Origin: Octopus vulgaris
Lineage: Eukaryota
Length of the DNA stretch: 64,000 nucleotides
Direction of reading: 5' to 3'
NCBI GenBank assembly: GCA_951406725.2
Contig: OX597826.1
Span: 42,656,001-42,720,000 of the forward strand
Below are positions 42,101-47,516 of this stretch, in pieces. Under the pieces are notes generated by a model. That model was given only the letters and a program-made list of their open reading frames with translations, searched no databases and had not been told where the DNA came from. Made by a program: the position numbers and the translations under genes. Position 1 is the stretch's first letter. The number at the start of each line of letters is the position of its first letter.

Positions 42101-45100
42101 AGCCAGTGTGTATTTTTATTGGTTGTTATTTGTGCAGTGTCACTAGATGGGATAGAAGGTGGTGTTTGTTTGTTTTTTGTGGGGATGTTTTGTTGTTGTT
42201 TTTAGGGTAGGTTATTGCCTTTGATGTTTAGCATTTTGTTGATCCAGAAAAGCTAGCTAAGTAATTGGATGGTGTACTGAATTTGTTATCCTATTTAATG
42301 ATTTAATGCCATCATCTGGCCCTTGAGTGCCTTTTGCAGACTTCATTCTATAGCAAACATTCGGACCATATCTTTTGTCTGAAGATAACTCAGTATCTTG
42401 ATGCACCACGTCCTACTGAAGCAATCCATGATTTGAGGTATCTTCTCCTCACCCTCCCCACCTGGCCCTGCCAAAAGGTCATTAGCACTGTCCTTCTTCT
42501 GACAAAGCCTTGAAGAAAATAACTTCTTTGTCTATTACTCCACTGTAAAGTTTTATGCTATTGTTATATTGTCAGAGCCAGATACCTCAGAATCTCTGTT
42601 AGGCCCAAATTATTCTACGTGTTTTATGTCCAAACCTGGCCGGATTCGACCTCTCACACCTACCCTACAATGTCATTCAAAAATATACAACCATATTGAA
42701 ATGTCAAAGCTATGAGATAATGCATGATTAATTCGAAGCAATGTGAATGAATAAGCATTACATTTTACTAATCTGAATGCTAAAGGGTTAATATCACCAG
42801 CCAATAATCACTGGGGATGTTATCAGTGATATACACCCAAAGCCCTATGTTTAAGGAACTTGGCAACACCCTCATGATTGCAGAAAGAACCATAGCAATG
42901 GAGCAGTGTATTAGTACAGAAGTACCTAGTGAGCACAGTATGTTTTCAAAAATGTACAAGTATATTGGAGACACACTTGTGATAGAACTTAAGAGATTTT
43001 TTTTTTTTAAATTCCTCTTGAAATTTTTTCTGTAAATTTGTTTTTTGTAAATAACAAAAATATCATAAAGTGTTGTTGGTACATATATAATTAATCTTTA
43101 ATTTCTTTAATACTGGCTTTGTTTAAAAAAAAAAAAATTTTTAATTCCCTGTTGTTTTTCAGGCTGCCTCTTTAGGTCTTTTATCAAGAGGAAGGGGTAG
43201 GGGAGTGATCCGTGGGAGTATGCGATCGCGAGGCAGTTCTTGGAGCCGAGGACAGAGGAGTCTGAAAATGACAGCTTCAAACAGGTCGCTTGACAATCGG
43301 CCAAAGCAAATTCACGTGTCTGGGTTCGATGCTGAACCTCTGAAAAATATTTTAGCCCATTTTTCTGTAAGTATCTCATTTTCTTTTCAATGTTTAATTG
43401 AAGTTACAATTACTCATGTTACTGTGTCTTTCCTCCTCCTCATCATCATCATGAGTTTCCTTTCATTTTTTCCCCCATGTTCATACATGAGCTGGTTGTG
43501 TATGCATTATATCTCCCTCCTTGTATTTTAATTCTACAGTATCTTACCTATGATGGTTGACATTTTCCAATCTTCCTTAATTCTGAAATATCCCTTAGTT
43601 TTGCTGCTATCATGATATTTCTTCTACCATCCGTTTTTGACAACATTTTTTAAAACCCTTTTATTATGATATTTCTAACTAAAAATACCTCTTATGTGTT
43701 TCAAGTAAATTCTTAAATAATTGTGAATTTAAACTGATTTCATAAAATATCTCTAACTTGTTTTATTTATCAACATAAGGTTCTTAACCAAATCTGCTTC
43801 ATAATATTTGTTTCAGAGCAAATCTACTTAGAGGTAAATTCAACAAAATATAACATTATTAAAATTTTGTTTAAATGAGTTATTAGCTAATATTTGATGA
43901 GTATGCAACAAAATTTTCATAGATAATTGTGCAAATTACTGGATTATATATCAGTTGAACTTAATGCACATAAAATAGACATATCAGTAAAGGTAAAACA
44001 GATTGAAATACTGGAAATTGTCTTCAAAGAAAACTAGGAAATGAAATAAACACCTACAATTCACAATCCAAATTAAAATAAAAAATGAAATAAATTCGAA
44101 AAAAATATTTATAAATAAAATTTATATATGCCAGATGAATCAACTTCGTGGCAGGAGGTGCAGATGAGGGTAGCTGCATTAAAGTCTCTAATGCACCAAA
44201 TGTCAATTCCTAAAAAGCATTCGTGAAGTAAAATTATGTAGCAACACTAGCATGGCCACAGCTCATGAGCTAAAACTAGATAAAATAATAAAAAATAATG
44301 CGTGCACACATGCACAATGTTCCTAAAAATGCTTGGATTTCTAACTTTAATATAAGTATGTAGGAAACCTCAAAATATCATTTTTTTTTCCTCTTAATGT
44401 TCTGTATAACAGTTCGTTTCCACAGTAATCACTTCAAAGGAAAAAGTAAAAAAAAGTATTCTAACAGTTTCATTTCCTTGGAAAGACTGATTAGATCTAA
44501 TATCTTCTAAAAATAATTAAGATACAGGTTGTCGTTAACTTTGGACCTATCTGACTTCCGACCAATCAACTTTGCAATGATTGTCATGCCAGCTCCTGGC
44601 AGCAATAATAAATAGTCCAGCTGAAATCTAATGGGTTTAATTTCTTAGAAATTAACCTGTCTATGGATAATATCAGCTAGTAAATACTTCTCCTAGGTTC
44701 GGTTATCAATCACCACTGTGTTGGATGACTGTTCTGTCATGGAGGCATCGAGGCAACCTTGTATTTGTTTATAAGACGACCAAAATTTTTGACTAACGCC
44801 AGTATAATAGTATAATACAGAATGCTGTGTGCGACTTTTACCTGAGAATGTACCTTATGAATGTAAAAATATAAAACCAAGCTATGTAGGCCTATAGACC
44901 AACTTAAAACCAATTGTGGTTGTAAGTTGATGAAGACCTGTAAATGGGTTTTAAACCCTTACTATATTCAGTGGAAAGAATCCGTGGTAGAGGGAGACCC
45001 AGGAAGACATGGGATGAGGTGGTGAAGCTTAACCTTCGAACGTTGGGCTTCACAGAGGCAATGACGGAAGACCAAGACTTCTGGAGATATGCTGTGACTG

Positions 45101-47485
45101 AGAAAACCTGGCAAGTAAAGTGAGATCACAACTGTAGCCTACACCAGTGTTGCATAACCAGCCCACTTAAAAAAAAGTACCTTTGGATCGTCGGGCTACA
45201 TGCCGTGCTTAAGGAGACCTATTGAGTCAAGCATATCAAAATCAAATCAAATGGAAATTGTAGTTCTGGCTGATGCCAGTGCCGCCTGACTGGCTCCTTG
45301 TGCCAGTGGCACATAAGCACCATCTGAATGCGGTTGATGCCAGCCCCTTCACCCCGACTGGCTCCTATGCCAATGCCATGTAAAAAGCACCATCCGAATG
45401 TGGCTGGTCCCAGCGCCCCGGTGGCACGTAAAACACACCATCTGAACGCAGTCGATGCCCCCCCACATACACACGTCTGGCTCCTGTGTCAGTGGCACGT
45501 AAAAAGCACCCACTACACTATCAGAGTGCTTGGCATTAGGAAGGGCATCCAGCAGTAAAAACATTGCCAGATCAGATTGGAGCCTGGTGCGGCCTCCTGG
45601 CTTGCCAGACCCCAGTCAAACTGTCAGACCCGTGCCAGCATGGGAAATGGACGTTAAACGATGATGATGACATGTTGCCACACTGAGAATGAACCTGAAA
45701 CCATGTTGGGAAACAAATTTAACGACACAGTCACACCTGCACCTATTATAAATATGAATATATGTAGTATATACATATTAACCTTTCCACTAAGATGTAT
45801 TATTAATGATCACGTGATATATATATATATTTATTTTTTTGCTTCTGTCAGTTATTTTGTGAATTGGTGAAATCAGAACCAGATCCTACAGAGAGTAATG
45901 TTATCTTGACGTTCAAATCTAGACAGGATGCTGAGAAGGTAAATCTTTTTTTTTTTTTTTTGGTTGTATTTTATGTCATTTTTTTTTAAAAAGGCGTAAT
46001 AACCCTGTGGAGATTATGCATGCTCTCTATCTCCCCTTTCACATTTTTTCTCATATGGAACACACTCTTCTTGTCATCCTATACACCCACACATTCATCA
46101 TACACTCTCTCTTATTGTTTTTGTCACTCAATTTTGAAACCAGTTTCATCTGACCCAGTCACAAAATGAGTGATGGGGCACTACAGGGAATTCAACAGTC
46201 AATTACATTGTACATAGTGTATTACTGATACTTATTTTTAATTCAACAAACTTTGGAGACTTGAAAAGTCAAATTGATATGTGGAAATATTTGAACACTG
46301 GGGAAAGAGACAGACTGACAGGGAGAGGAAAGATTTGTGCTGTTTTGGACCTGTGGAATGTATGACGGATGAGTTGGTTGAAGAAATGCTAAGTAATCCT
46401 ACTGAAAGCAACACTGAATTCAGGGTGGACTTGACAAGGGACCACAACAAGTGTAGAGATTCTTGGAACATTTTTTGTCTTGAAAACCAAAGACGGTCAT
46501 TTTTCTTCTGGCATTTACTTCAGCCGCTCATGCTGCTCGCAGTAGCTCTTCTTTGTTATCGTTTGGTTTGGGTTTAAAAGTTGAAAGTGGACTAAACCTT
46601 TCATATCCCACCAAACAGATGATAACAGCTTATGTAGGTGAAGACCTTCTTTAGCCTGGGCTGCTGGTGTTTCTCCTTTCCCTACCCACTGTCTTTGGCA
46701 CTCAACATTTTAATAGGGAAACCATTTCTCGTCACCAGTCACTATTCAGTCCAAAAACGGTTCATTCATGAGACGAGACAGCAAAGAAGAGCACACATTC
46801 ATTCTCTGTATTTGATTGAACTCGGAGAGTTTGTTAGGAACCCATTTACCCAATTTGCTGACTTTTCCAATGGCACGCAGGTGTCAATAAATGGTTGAAT
46901 GACCGAATCCAAGCTTGTCTGCTAGTTCCTCAACAGTTATGATGGGATTTTCTTCCAGGTTTTGCAGGACATCCTCGTTGAGCTCTACAGATCTTCCAGG
47001 ACAGAGCTTGTCTTCTAGGCTTGTCTTCTGGAACCACTGCTGACACTGGCTTCTGCTTATTGTTCGATCCCCATATATTGCATTAATATTCCTTGCACTT
47101 TCCGTTGTGCTGTTGCTTTTATTGAACTCATAAAGCAAAATATGCTGAATGTACTCCTTTGTTACTTCCAGTATGGCTTTGAAAAAATAACTGTTAAGTT
47201 GAACTGCACTCTTCAAAACTTGCACTAAGAATAAGGACAGGGTAAAATTACTACCTGCTTTTATAGCAAGTTGATGCAGGTAGTTTATCCGACCCTCCTC
47301 TGATTTTTAGTTCATGCAATTGAAAATCTTCATTTTTAAGGGGTGACCCAATATATACACATACGTATATATGTGTGATTTTGTTATATACACAGAAGTA
47401 TAATTAACATTGTGTCTATGTACACACACACACACCCATGTATCTGTATCTGCTTTATACATGTAAACATGTATGCATGTGTATG

Positions 47486-47516
<31 letters not shown>

